Of a stretch of 64,000 nt of DNA, positions 17,897 to 27,733 are shown piece after piece. How positions within the stretch are numbered: position 1 is the stretch's first letter; every line of letters begins with the position of its first letter. The notes under the pieces are model-generated. The model did not search any database and was not told where the DNA came from. It saw nothing but the letters and a program-made list of their open reading frames with translations. The DNA comes from Melioribacteraceae bacterium (GTDB lineage: Bacteria; Bacteroidota; Ignavibacteria; Ignavibacteriales; Melioribacteraceae), in assembly GCA_026983795.1 (NCBI GenBank), contig JALSTI010000058.1:10092-74091 (forward strand). The letters are read 5' to 3'. The translations under genes and the position numbers were made by a program.

Positions 17897-20878
17897 TTAT
17901 TTAACGACTGCTATTTTAATAATCTTGTAATCGGATTTATTTAATCCTTTGGCTTCCACCCGCGCCAAATAAGCACCGCTTTGGATATTAGACACATCCC
18001 AAGCTATTTCGTTTTCGAATCCTCCGGTTGCGTTGAATTTTAATTCGTCTATAAAATCACCGGCTAAATCGAAAATTTTTATATCTATCAAAGCGTCTTC
18101 CGAAACGTATGTTCTTATAAAAGTTTGGTTTCCATAAACCGGATTGGGCCAATTATAAGTTCTGTTCTTCGGAAAGAATTCTTTTGTAATATTAACTGTT
18201 TGATGATTATCGACAAATGAGTTGTTAAATCCGTTTCCATACTCCGTTCCTGACACAATTTTTAAAGGGTAATCCAATTCCCAGTTAATCAAATAATTTT
18301 CATCGGTTAAAACGCTTAAAATACCTTTGCCAGAAGAGGATTTTGAAATTCCGGCGGATGTTATTTTAGAGCCGGCAGAAAGCGGAAACGGATAGATATT
18401 TTGCGCCGTTTGCGATGATACAAGATTTATTTGTCCGTCTCCGGAAAAATTTATCAACTCGGTTTTCCCGTCGCTGTCAATATCAATTCCTAACGGTGTT
18501 CCACTAAAACTATTTTCGTTAATTAATTTTACGGGAAAATTTAAAGCTGAACTGCCAACCAAATTATAAGCCATAATTTTATCTCTTCCGTTAAAGACGA
18601 TATAATTTTCACCGTCATTAAAAAGGTTTGCCAACGTAAATGTATTAACGGAATCATGAATAACAAACCGGTTTATAACTTTACCTTTTTTAATTACACT
18701 AAACTTCTTCCCGCCGGAAAGCACAACGGCGATATACTCGTTATTTTTGTTTTTACTTAAAATAATTTTATCTATTTTCTCTTGAAACTCAGTTTGTAAA
18801 TTTTCCGAAGTATTTAATATAAAATCCGAGGCACCAATAAAATAAGTTCCGTCAATTGCAATATGTTTAACCGGTTTTCCGGAAATAAAATCATTTGTTT
18901 GTAAAAGTGAAACCGAATTGGAATTCAAATTATATGAATACTTATTTAACTTTCCCGTTTCACTGCCGGCATAAAAAGTTAAACTGTCCGCCGATTCCGA
19001 AATTATAACCGGAATGCCCGAAAGATTTTCGGCTGTTAAAAAATTTGTTGTTAGGACGGCGGTGTCTGAAAACGAAACCACATTTATTTTCTTACCGGTA
19101 AATCCTACTAATACATCATTGCTTTGCAAATTTGCAATTGCAGGTGTAACATTGCTGAAACTATCTATACTTGCAGTTTTTTGCAAGGCTTTGTTAAACA
19201 TCATTAAATTTAAATTATCAAGAATAAAGGTATTGCCATTGGAATTATATAAATATGATTTACTTGTTTTAGGTTGACCGGATAAATCCAGTTTACCTGA
19301 ATTCATCAAATTAATATTTGACGACCCGAAACTTAAGGAGAAAGACATTTTATTTGAAATATCCGAAAATCCGGTAAGATTAACCAAACTGTTGGACCCG
19401 TTATGTGCTTTGGAACTAGGCTTGGAATTAGGAGTAAGAGCATTTTCATAAAACTCAGACGGATTGGATGCATACCAAAAATCTTCTTGCGTACCTTCAC
19501 CTTCCGAAACATCACCAAGAAAATTGGTAAACTTTTCGCCAATATCGTTTATACCGTCGGCTTCAACAACCTCAACGCCTCTGTGGTCCGGATCGGCATT
19601 AATTTTATTAAGCGATAATTTTTCTTTTATCACGTTGTTATCTATGTGCCAAATAACAATTCCGCTTCCCGGCAAAGCCCAATCATATTCATCAACATCT
19701 ACAACTACACCGCTGATTGCATCGACGTTAAAATATATAAAATCATCTTCGTCTTTCGAAAATGATTTTGTTAAGGTTTCCCCGTTAACTTTATACGTAA
19801 TATTTGCTCCGTTTTTATTTACGTCGCGGTTTCTATTTTCAATTAAAAAATACTCATCCGAATTAATAGGGACTTTTATTACGGTTGTATCCTGGAAAGA
19901 AGCGCTTAATCTTGTAGCAATATCAATTAAATTTTGGTTAGATTTAACAACTACAGGAGTTTCCCAACCCAAGAAAATTTTTTCCCATGCAGAAGGTTCG
20001 GGTGGGAACAATCCTCCGAAGGCAAAAATAGCCTGACCGTCCATTAATCCAAAACGACTGATAGCGCTTGACCCGTCTGATGTATTGAACAAATCCGGCA
20101 ATCCCAAATAACTGCCGATGCTGGAAACTATTAATCCGTTAATTGTTAGTTGAAACAGTACAGTTCCGCCGATGCCCGAAATTTCTCTGGATTCGGTTTC
20201 GGGAAGTATCAGACTGTTTTTAATAAAATAATTTCCGGAATTTACGGGAAAGCCCTTAAAGTTTTGTCCGTAAAGATTTTTCAACAAACTATTACTTAAA
20301 AAGATGGAAGGTAAATCTTTTTCGCTTCCGGTGGAACCAGGAGTAATAACATCACCGCCGGTACCTGCATGAAAAATCACAAACAAATCATAATTACTGA
20401 AATTAACTCCGTTAAAAATGGAATCTGCTTTTTGCCATACTTCCTTTGAAAAATCGGCAAGATTTAAGAAATTTTCATCCTTAGGAGGGAAATAGTCCCT
20501 CATTACTTTATCAACCGTAATAACTTTAGGATAAACATCAAAACTTAATTCAACATTTCCGCCGGAGACCTTATGATAATAATTTTTTGCAAATTCCAAA
20601 TGTTCCTTAAAATAACCGGCATTGTGCGGTAAAGGGTCTAAAATAGTAGTGCCGTAATCTTTTGAATATAAAGTTCCGAACTTGCCGGTACCTGCAGTCA
20701 AATCAAAATCGTCCGGTTGGAATTCCACCATAACTGCAAAAATCCTCACCGTATCGGTTGAATTGGCAGTTAAATTTTTAATGGAATTGGAGGGCATAAG
20801 TTTAGGAATAAAAGATTGGGCAGATAAACTGCCCAAACTAAAAATCAGCAAAAAGAGGATTAATTTTTTCATTTTCAA
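17897..20878 (-). CDS. T9SS-secreted M6 (immune inhibitor A)-like protein with a degenerate zinc site
   Basis: The 993-aa ORF has a signal peptide and M6-like landmarks (VIFHAGTGGD, LGLPDLF, GLMDG, PSAWEKIFLGW, GIVIWHID, VEVVEADG). SSIGS replaces HExxH. A type-A T9SS CTD lies at the end (NWPNPVYGNQTFIRTY...YLARVEAKG...KIAVVK). The start is TTG 20878 or ATG 20872. Confidence 0.7.
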   Translation of the reverse strand: MKMKKLILFLLIFSLGSLSAQSFIPKLMPSNSIKNLTANSTDTVRIFAVMVEFQPDDFDLTAGTGKFGTLYSKDYGTTILDPLPHNAGYFKEHLEFAKNYYHKVSGGNVELSFDVYPKVITVDKVMRDYFPPKDENFLNLADFSKEVWQKADSIFNGVNFSNYDLFVIFHAGTGGDVITPGSTGSEKDLPSIFLSNSLLKNLYGQNFKGFPVNSGNYFIKNSLILPETESREISGIGGTVLFQLTINGLIVSSIGSYLGLPDLFNTSDGSSAISRFGLMDGQAIFAFGGLFPPEPSAWEKIFLGWETPVVVKSNQNLIDIATRLSASFQDTTVIKVPINSDEYFLIENRNRDVNKNGANITYKVNGETLTKSFSKDEDDFIYFNVDAISGVVVDVDEYDWALPGSGIVIWHIDNNVIKEKLSLNKINADPDHRGVEVVEADGINDIGEKFTNFLGDVSEGEGTQEDFWYASNPSEFYENALTPNSKPSSKAHNGSNSLVNLTGFSDISNKMSFSLSFGSSNINLMNSGKLDLSGQPKTSKSYLYNSNGNTFILDNLNLMMFNKALQKTASIDSFSNVTPAIANLQSNDVLVGFTGKKINVVSFSDTAVLTTNFLTAENLSGIPVIISESADSLTFYAGSETGKLNKYSYNLNSNSVSLLQTNDFISGKPVKHIAIDGTYFIGASDFILNTSENLQTEFQEKIDKIILSKNKNNEYIAVVLSGGKKFSVIKKGKVINRFVIHDSVNTFTLANLFNDGENYIVFNGRDKIMAYNLVGSSALNFPVKLINENSFSGTPLGIDIDSDGKTELINFSGDGQINLVSSQTAQNIYPFPLSAGSKITSAGISKSSSGKGILSVLTDENYLINWELDYPLKIVSGTEYGNGFNNSFVDNHQTVNITKEFFPKNRTYNWPNPVYGNQTFIRTYVSEDALIDIKIFDLAGDFIDELKFNATGGFENEIAWDVSNIQSGAYLARVEAKGLNKSDYKIIKIAVVK

Positions 20879-22081
20879 CTAAATTCCTCTGGGAAATCCA
20901 TGATGTTTTTTAACGGGGTTGTTTCCCCAGCCAATAAGGATTGTAAATCTCATTGTGTCAGACAATGGATGATTTTCACCGTTCTTAAAAACATCCGTTG
21001 TTATATAACTAAAATCGAATCCGTATAAATCGTATCTAATTCCCGCACCGAGGGTTACAAATTTTCTGTTTCCGAAAGAAGGATCTTCGTAAAAGAATCC
21101 GGTTCGTACGGCAAATTTAAAATCATCGCCGCCATACCAGTATTCCAATCCCATTGACGTTACTACATCACGTATCTCTTCATTAAACGAATTATCAAAC
21201 CAGGAAGTAAAAATAGCTTTGTAAAATTTATCTCTATGACCTGCGCTATCGGCTTTACCAACCAATAATTTACTAAAATCTATTGTGTAAGTAAGAGAAT
21301 TAAAATCATCTTCAAAAAGTCTAAACGCAAATCCCAATCTGAAATTGGTAGGAATCGGGTCGGCTTGCGCTTGATCGATGTAATAAATAGCCGGACCGAT
21401 ATTACTTAAATTAGCGCCAATACTAAGACGATTACTAAAATCGCCGATTAAAGGAAGCGTTAATTTTGCCGGTCTCCACATTGCTGCAATATCAAAACTA
21501 ACCGATGTAGCCACGCCCGATCCTTGTTCTCCGGCTGTTGGCTTGTCGGATAGTCTGCTATGTATTAATCTGAAATTCAATCCCAGACCCCAATCCTCGC
21601 TAAGCTTGGTTGCATAACCGAGAGTTAAAGCAGCGTCAAAAGATCTAAAAGTACCAATTGGTTCTGGACTATCTTCACCGGTACGTATAAATTCACCGAA
21701 GTTCATATAGGTTATACTCGCAGAAATGCTACCGTCCAAATCTTCAATATATTGGCGGTAAGTAAGATAGTCGTAAAAAAGATCGTTTAACCCGAATTGC
21801 GGCAACCAATTACTGTGCGTAATACTTACTTCGGAGCCGTCCAGAAATGCCAGACCAGCAGGGTTCCAAAATATTGCAGCTGAATTATCTGCAAGTCCCC
21901 CGCCCGATTCTCCAATACCGCCCGATCGTGAATCCGGCGCTAATAGCAAAAATGGCACGGCTGCTTCGCCTTGAGCATTTATCTTTATCTGGGTACTCAG
22001 CATCATCGTTAATATCAGCATAAGAAAGCCAAAACGTTTCATTGTTATTCCTCCATTTATATGGTTATTTTTATTTCTCAT
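20879..22081 (-). CDS. porV: Type IX secretion system outer-membrane channel/shuttle protein PorV (LptO)
   Basis: The 400-aa ORF has the PorV N-terminal signature AAVPFLLLAPDSRSGGIGESGGGLADNSAAIFWNPAGLAFL and a beta-barrel character. It lies immediately downstream of porU. Confidence 0.85.
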   Translation of the reverse strand: MRNKNNHINGGITMKRFGFLMLILTMMLSTQIKINAQGEAAVPFLLLAPDSRSGGIGESGGGLADNSAAIFWNPAGLAFLDGSEVSITHSNWLPQFGLNDLFYDYLTYRQYIEDLDGSISASITYMNFGEFIRTGEDSPEPIGTFRSFDAALTLGYATKLSEDWGLGLNFRLIHSRLSDKPTAGEQGSGVATSVSFDIAAMWRPAKLTLPLIGDFSNRLSIGANLSNIGPAIYYIDQAQADPIPTNFRLGFAFRLFEDDFNSLTYTIDFSKLLVGKADSAGHRDKFYKAIFTSWFDNSFNEEIRDVVTSMGLEYWYGGDDFKFAVRTGFFYEDPSFGNRKFVTLGAGIRYDLYGFDFSYITTDVFKNGENHPLSDTMRFTILIGWGNNPVKKHHGFPRGI

Positions 22082-22099
22082 TATTATAAAAATTTAATT

Positions 22100-25000
22100 T
22101 TACCTAATTACAGCTAATTTTCCAAGAACATTTTTACTGTAACTGCCGTCAACGGAATTAACGATTAATTTATACAAATAGGTTCCGTTGGAAATCATCG
22201 TTCCGTCCTCATCCTTACCATCCCAATTTATTTTAACAAACCGGTCCGTAACGTTAAATTTGCTTATTATTTTTATCAATCTTCCGCTAATTGTATAAAC
22301 TTTTATTTCAACATTTAACGGTTTATCAAGATTTTGTTGAAATGTAAAATAAGTATTAGTTTTAAACGGATTAGGATAATTGAAAACATCTTTAATCACT
22401 AAATCGTTGGAATTAACAACAGTAAAACGACTTTCGGAAATTGATACATTGTTAAATACATCCCAAGCTTTAATTTTAATTTTGTAATCTCCGGGGTCCA
22501 TTCCCGTAAATTTATAATTTATTACTCCGGATTTACCGAACGAATCTACATCGCCGATAAAAAAATTAGTCAAATCAATCGGGTTTTCATCATCATCATT
22601 TATTATGGCTTCAAGCTTATGACCAACACCCAGACCGGTTGTGTTAATTCCGGTTTCATCTTGTATTTTAACCAACAGCGTAAAATCGGGATTCACCAAA
22701 TACGAATCGGCATTATTGAAATTGTCATAATAAATCTTAATATCCGGACCTTTTCCGTCGTTCGAAATAGTAGAATCGGTTCCGCCGACAATTATATTTT
22801 TAGTAAACCCAACGCCATCGGTGTTATCGTTGTAAACATACGATACTATTTTACCGTTTTTATTTCCGTACGATATATCTTTTGGAACCACGAATCCGGT
22901 AGAAAATTTTCCGTTGTTTACTTTTGTTCTTCCTCTAAAAATCACGCCTCCGTGAACAACCATATTGTAATTTATATCTTTCAAATAAATTTGTTTATCC
23001 GAATCAAATACGGTTATAATAGATTCGCCGTTAAAATCATTTGGTGTTCCGTCAAGATTTTTAACCTCTCCGGTAATTACAACGTTTCCCAATGCTTTTA
23101 TTTGAATATTAGTAGTGATGCTTGTATGATTAACAGAATCGATATCTGCAGGTAACACGGGCTGATTTAATCTTAATGCAGGGTCGCAGAACAAATGAAA
23201 TTTTTCATCGTTTTCGCCGGTTCTGTTTTGTTTCATTTGATAAAACGCCGTTCCAATCGGATAAGGTAAGCCTTGCGAATCTTTTGGTCCGAGAAGTTTT
23301 CTATAAAACACACCATTCAGAGCGGCATTTTCTTGCGAATATACAGGTCGAACAGCGCTTAAAGCTCCTATCATACCATAATTATTCAGGACTAACATTT
23401 CCTCAACGCCGCTTTGGTTTTCGGGGTCGTCAAATTTCCCGAAATCGCACGTAGCTGCGGTTAAAAAAAAGTAATCTTTATTTCTCAATTGGGGAATCGA
23501 AGTCTCGCGAACAAACACCTGCTCGTGCGCCCAAAGTTCCGGACTTCCGTGACCGATATAGTTTAATATTAAAGTTCCGTTATTAATTGCATTTATTATT
23601 GCTTTATTAACTTCCGGCTTTCTTCTTCCCAAACCGGTTATAACAGTAGGATAATTAGAAAGATAAATTTTATTCTGATCAAAAAACGGAGGAATATTGT
23701 TTTTAGATAATCTTTCGGATTGGTCGGTATGCAACGAGCCGTCGTCTCGCTTAGACGTTAAACCATCGTCGGCAACTAAAGTTATTGTATTTCTCCAAAG
23801 TCCTTTTTCAGAATTTTTTTCGTAAAAAATTATCTTGTTAACAACGCTTTCTGCTTCTTCAAGCGATGAAACCGGCAATCTTCCAATAGCAATATCGGCA
23901 GAGTTATCATCTCCTATTAAACGCGAATAATAATCATCCATGGCATAAGATATTATCTCATTCATCGATTGTAAAGTTTGAAAAGTAGGTACAAAATTTT
24001 TATTCTTACCCAGCAAGTTGTAATAATCGAAATCTCCGTCGCCAAAGAACAAAACAAATTGCGGTTTTACTTGCCAATTATTTAGCGCATCTTGCAAAAA
24101 ATTTCTTATTGCGGTTGGGTCTAACATTCCGGAAGAATATTCGTTAAAAATTTCATCAACATAAACTACAACCGAAGATAATTTGTGAGGAGCTTCATTC
24201 TGTCTGTATTCTTTCAAACGTTCGGCTTGATCTTTAAATTTTTCGTTAGTCACAATTATGTATTTTGCGCCGGGATCTATACCGTGAATATTGGAGTTTT
24301 TCATTTTTTTAAAATTCTCGGGCTTTTTAAATTTTGATGTTTCAACTGCATAATATTTTGATATTTTCCCGCTTTGTTCGTTAACTTGAAAAGTAATTTG
24401 CGGACCGTTAACGGTTAAGCCGGAAATTAATTTAACATTAGAATAATCGGAAACGTCAAATACTTGTACATTGCTGCTTGGGAACCCGCTTAATTTGTAT
24501 TGTGTGTTCCCGCCAACCGGATTTGAAAAGAATAATAAATTTCCCGCCACTGCATACAAAGACGAATAATATTCAATTTCATAAAAATCCAAATATCCTT
24601 TTGCAGAACTTGAAGTGGGATTGAAAGTAAATTTTAAAACACTTCTGTCATCCGGCAAAGCGCCTGAATATGAAGCATGGGCAAACAATATTTTGCCTAT
24701 TGTATAATCGGGTTGAACCCGCGGTCCCGATACGTTTTGCGAACTAATAAGTTTTCCGTTTTCGTAAAGACTAATATTACTTATTTTTTTGGAAGCGTTA
24801 ATAAATTGGTAAGAAACTTTTAAGAGAGAATCCGCAACATAATTTTTCACTTCGTTTACATAAGACCTTGACTTGGAAGAAAGAGAAAATTCATCACCAA
24901 CGTCAATTAAACCGGATCTTATTAAATTCCGTTTATCTTCATCTAAAAATTTAAATGCTTTGGTAATGGTCTGTATTTTAGGATTCGGGTCATTGTTAGA

Positions 25001-26068
25001 TGTTTTAAGCTGCATTCTTTTCCCGGGGTTTCCGCCGGAGGTTATCCAATAATAATTAGCTTTGGAGTACCAATTTTTATTCCTAACTATTTTACTTTTT
25101 GAGGAATTAAAAAACCAAAAGTCAACGCCTCGTCCGTAAAAAAGGATGTAATCATCAGCATCAAATTTTCCGTCTTCTTCTCCCCGGATGTAAATTGCAT
25201 TTTCCACTAAACCATCAGGCCGCTGTGCGGTAACTTTCCAGGGCAAAATGTATCCGCCGTTATTATAAATTTTAATGGTTCGCGGGTCTACGGTTTCGGG
25301 ATCAATTCCAAGTTTGGGCAGCATATCCCTTGTAATTTTATAAATTCCTTCTTCGGGTGCTTCGAACGTATACCAAGTACCGTTAGCTAAAACCGAATTT
25401 ATTCCCCCTTTTTGCAATGTGCTTTTTTTAGTTCCCCAATTTCTTGCCACGTTATAGTTAATAATAACATTCTTAAGTAAATCGTCATTTATTAAACTCC
25501 GGTTGTTTGCAGTGTTACCGAAATTAACTCTAAAAATTATTTTAGTAAAAACTTTAATTGTATTATCGTTAGGTAAAAACCGGATGGGATGAATTAATAT
25601 CTTTTGCACTTTAAGTTCTCTTACCAAACCGAAATCACCGAATGTGACCAAGTCGGGATTTGTAAAATTACTGTAATCGTTGCCGGGTTCATAATTTTCA
25701 ACGGCAAGTCCGTTTTCTTTTATTAAATCTGGTTTAGGAAGCAGCTTACCTTTCAAGGTTTTAAATTCGGAGCCGATTATTTGGATTGTATTTCCGAATT
25801 CACCCGGCACACCAACATTAACAACAGAAACAAGAATTCCGGGTTCACCTATTTTTACCGAAGGATCCGTTTGGGCGTTATCAATGCTAATACGAATAAA
25901 TTTACCGGAAGTAAGTTTTACGACCGAACTTTGAATATTTACAGGAGAATATTGCAGAACAACTGACGAGCTGCTGGAAGAAATGATTTTTATATTTCCG
26001 CCGGCAAAGACAGCCGAATACAAAAAAAGGGAAATAATCAATATAGATATTCTGCTTTTTACGTACAT
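22100..26068 (-). CDS. porU: Type IX secretion system sortase PorU (C25 gingipain-like peptidase)
   Basis: The 1322-aa ORF has C25 catalytic-region motifs NYIGHGSPELWAHE (His) and FLTAATCDFGKFD (Cys). Its C-terminus resembles a T9SS CTD (FNYPNPFKTNTYFTF...). The classic porU-porV adjacency is present. Confidence 0.85.
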   Translation of the reverse strand: MYVKSRISILIISLFLYSAVFAGGNIKIISSSSSSVVLQYSPVNIQSSVVKLTSGKFIRISIDNAQTDPSVKIGEPGILVSVVNVGVPGEFGNTIQIIGSEFKTLKGKLLPKPDLIKENGLAVENYEPGNDYSNFTNPDLVTFGDFGLVRELKVQKILIHPIRFLPNDNTIKVFTKIIFRVNFGNTANNRSLINDDLLKNVIINYNVARNWGTKKSTLQKGGINSVLANGTWYTFEAPEEGIYKITRDMLPKLGIDPETVDPRTIKIYNNGGYILPWKVTAQRPDGLVENAIYIRGEEDGKFDADDYILFYGRGVDFWFFNSSKSKIVRNKNWYSKANYYWITSGGNPGKRMQLKTSNNDPNPKIQTITKAFKFLDEDKRNLIRSGLIDVGDEFSLSSKSRSYVNEVKNYVADSLLKVSYQFINASKKISNISLYENGKLISSQNVSGPRVQPDYTIGKILFAHASYSGALPDDRSVLKFTFNPTSSSAKGYLDFYEIEYYSSLYAVAGNLLFFSNPVGGNTQYKLSGFPSSNVQVFDVSDYSNVKLISGLTVNGPQITFQVNEQSGKISKYYAVETSKFKKPENFKKMKNSNIHGIDPGAKYIIVTNEKFKDQAERLKEYRQNEAPHKLSSVVVYVDEIFNEYSSGMLDPTAIRNFLQDALNNWQVKPQFVLFFGDGDFDYYNLLGKNKNFVPTFQTLQSMNEIISYAMDDYYSRLIGDDNSADIAIGRLPVSSLEEAESVVNKIIFYEKNSEKGLWRNTITLVADDGLTSKRDDGSLHTDQSERLSKNNIPPFFDQNKIYLSNYPTVITGLGRRKPEVNKAIINAINNGTLILNYIGHGSPELWAHEQVFVRETSIPQLRNKDYFFLTAATCDFGKFDDPENQSGVEEMLVLNNYGMIGALSAVRPVYSQENAALNGVFYRKLLGPKDSQGLPYPIGTAFYQMKQNRTGENDEKFHLFCDPALRLNQPVLPADIDSVNHTSITTNIQIKALGNVVITGEVKNLDGTPNDFNGESIITVFDSDKQIYLKDINYNMVVHGGVIFRGRTKVNNGKFSTGFVVPKDISYGNKNGKIVSYVYNDNTDGVGFTKNIIVGGTDSTISNDGKGPDIKIYYDNFNNADSYLVNPDFTLLVKIQDETGINTTGLGVGHKLEAIINDDDENPIDLTNFFIGDVDSFGKSGVINYKFTGMDPGDYKIKIKAWDVFNNVSISESRFTVVNSNDLVIKDVFNYPNPFKTNTYFTFQQNLDKPLNVEIKVYTISGRLIKIISKFNVTDRFVKINWDGKDEDGTMISNGTYLYKLIVNSVDGSYSKNVLGKLAVIR

Positions 26069-26250
26069 TTTTAGTAATTAACCGTATTTAGTATTGATTC
26101 GCTAAATTAAAACTTAGCTTGAAAATGTAGCAGAATTACCTATAAATACCTTCCCTTAAAAATTTGTGACTTTAAAATAGGGAACTTATACCTACTTTGT
26201 CAAGTCAATTAATCTTCTTCAACAAATTTTGGTAGATGTTTTAAATGTTC

Positions 26251-26292
26251 AAAAAAAACGGGAATTACGACAAAAACCGGAATAAATTCCGT
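26251..26292 (-). terminator. Possible Rho-independent terminator after the nth / HD-domain genes
   Basis: The minus strand reads ACGGAATT, an 18-nt loop, AATTCCCGT (one bulge), then TTTTTTTT. The large loop and the ~95-nt distance from the stop make this tentative. Confidence 0.35.
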
Positions 26293-26385
26293 GTTTAAAA
26301 TTTGTTGTTTTTATTATTATCGGCAAAACTACTTTAAAGTTAAATAGCCCGTTAAATTCCTGTATGCAAAAAGTTAAAATATGAT

Positions 26386-26940
26386 TTACAGACCTAAAAC
26401 ATCTTTCTGCGTTTTCATTGCATCAATACAAAATTGGATATGATCTTCCAAAGGAATATTCAGCTCTTCGGCACCTTTAATAATATCTTCGCGACTCACA
26501 GCGCGGGAGAATCCTTTATCTTTCATTTTCTTTTTTACGGACTTTACTTTTACTTCATCAATAGATTTATTTGGTCTTACAAGCGTAACAGCTGTTATAA
26601 ATCCTGCTAACTCGTCACATGCAAAAAGCACTTTAGCCAACTTGGTTTCGCGGGGAACGCCGGTATAATCGGCATGAGAAAGAATAGCTGTTATAAATTC
26701 CTCGTCGAATCCTTTTTCTCTTAAAATTTCGGCGCCTTTGTACGGATGTTGATCGGCAGAAGGATATTTTTCATAATCGAAATCATGCAGCAGCGCCACA
26801 TTCCCCCAATATTCTTCGTCTTCATTAAATTTTTTTGCATACGCACGTACGCAAGCTTCAACGGCAAATGCGTGTTTCAACAAGCTTTCGCTTTTGGTAT
26901 ATTCTTTCAATAAATTCAAACAGTAATTTCTATCTTTCAT
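26386..26940 (-). CDS. HD-domain metal-dependent phosphohydrolase
   Basis: The 184-aa ORF has the H...HD signature (KHAFAVE...ALLHDFDY) and a later HADY. The substrate is unknown. Confidence 0.7.
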   Translation of the reverse strand: MKDRNYCLNLLKEYTKSESLLKHAFAVEACVRAYAKKFNEDEEYWGNVALLHDFDYEKYPSADQHPYKGAEILREKGFDEEFITAILSHADYTGVPRETKLAKVLFACDELAGFITAVTLVRPNKSIDEVKVKSVKKKMKDKGFSRAVSREDIIKGAEELNIPLEDHIQFCIDAMKTQKDVLGL

Positions 26941-26967
26941 TTTTTCCTCATAAACTAATTTGTGATT

Positions 26968-27621
26968 TTAATTTTTTTTTGAATTAAAACCGGGACAAAA
27001 ATTTGCTATCTTGCAAATATCACATTTCGGTCTGCGGGCAATACAAACTTTTCTGCCATGGGCAGCTAACAAATGAGAAGAAGCGACCCAATCTTTTTCA
27101 GGTATTAATTCTTTCAATTTTTGTTCTATTTTTTTAGGGTCTTTTGTTTTCACAAAACCCATTAAATTAGACAGTCTGATTACATGAGTATCAACGGCAA
27201 TTGCGGGAATTCCAAAAGCATTTCCGGCAACGACAGATGCGGTTTTTCGTCCAACGCCCGGAAGTTTTGTTAGCTGTTCAAAATCCGGAGGGACTTTAGA
27301 ATTATAGTTTTCCACTAATGCCCGGCAGCAATTTTTTATGCTTTTTGCCTTTTGCTTGTAAAATCCGGTAGAGTAAATATCTCTTTCCAATTCTTCTTGA
27401 TCAACATTAACATAATCCTCGGGTTTTTTATATTTTTTGAAAAGGTCCTTTGTAACAATATTTACACGCGCATCGGTACATTGAGCCGAAAGTATAGTTG
27501 CAATTAAAAGTTGGAAAGGAGTAGAAAAATTTAATGCCGGTTTTACATCAGGATATTCTTTTTTAAGAATGCTCAAAATTTTTCCGGCTCTTGTTTTCTC
27601 TTCAGTCGAATTATTTGTCAT
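26968..27621 (-). CDS. nth: Endonuclease III (DNA glycosylase/AP lyase)
   Basis: The 217-aa ORF has the HhH-GPD motif LTKLPGVGRKTASVV...AVDTHV. The 4Fe-4S ligand pattern C-x6-C-x2-C-x5-C is present (CIARRPKCDICKIANFC). Confidence 0.92.
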   Translation of the reverse strand: MTNNSTEEKTRAGKILSILKKEYPDVKPALNFSTPFQLLIATILSAQCTDARVNIVTKDLFKKYKKPEDYVNVDQEELERDIYSTGFYKQKAKSIKNCCRALVENYNSKVPPDFEQLTKLPGVGRKTASVVAGNAFGIPAIAVDTHVIRLSNLMGFVKTKDPKKIEQKLKELIPEKDWVASSHLLAAHGRKVCIARRPKCDICKIANFCPGFNSKKN

Positions 27622-27733
27622 AATTTCATTATTTTAATTGTAATAAAAATGTTTCAAAATTTATGAAAAATTTAACTATCGTGAAACGAATTTAAGACTT
27701 TCCAATCAAGTTTCAAATCTGTAAATTAATTTT

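Noticed and set aside
19464-20036. A 190-aa plus-strand ORF. Similar long antisense ORFs lie at 22619-23155, 5891-6295, 6045-6305, 32447-32848, 40241-40582, 51443-51772 and 62103-62414.
   Set aside because: All lie entirely inside well-supported minus-strand genes. They have Ser/Phe/Ile-rich compositions reflecting the complement of the real codons, and they lack plausible starts or SD sequences.
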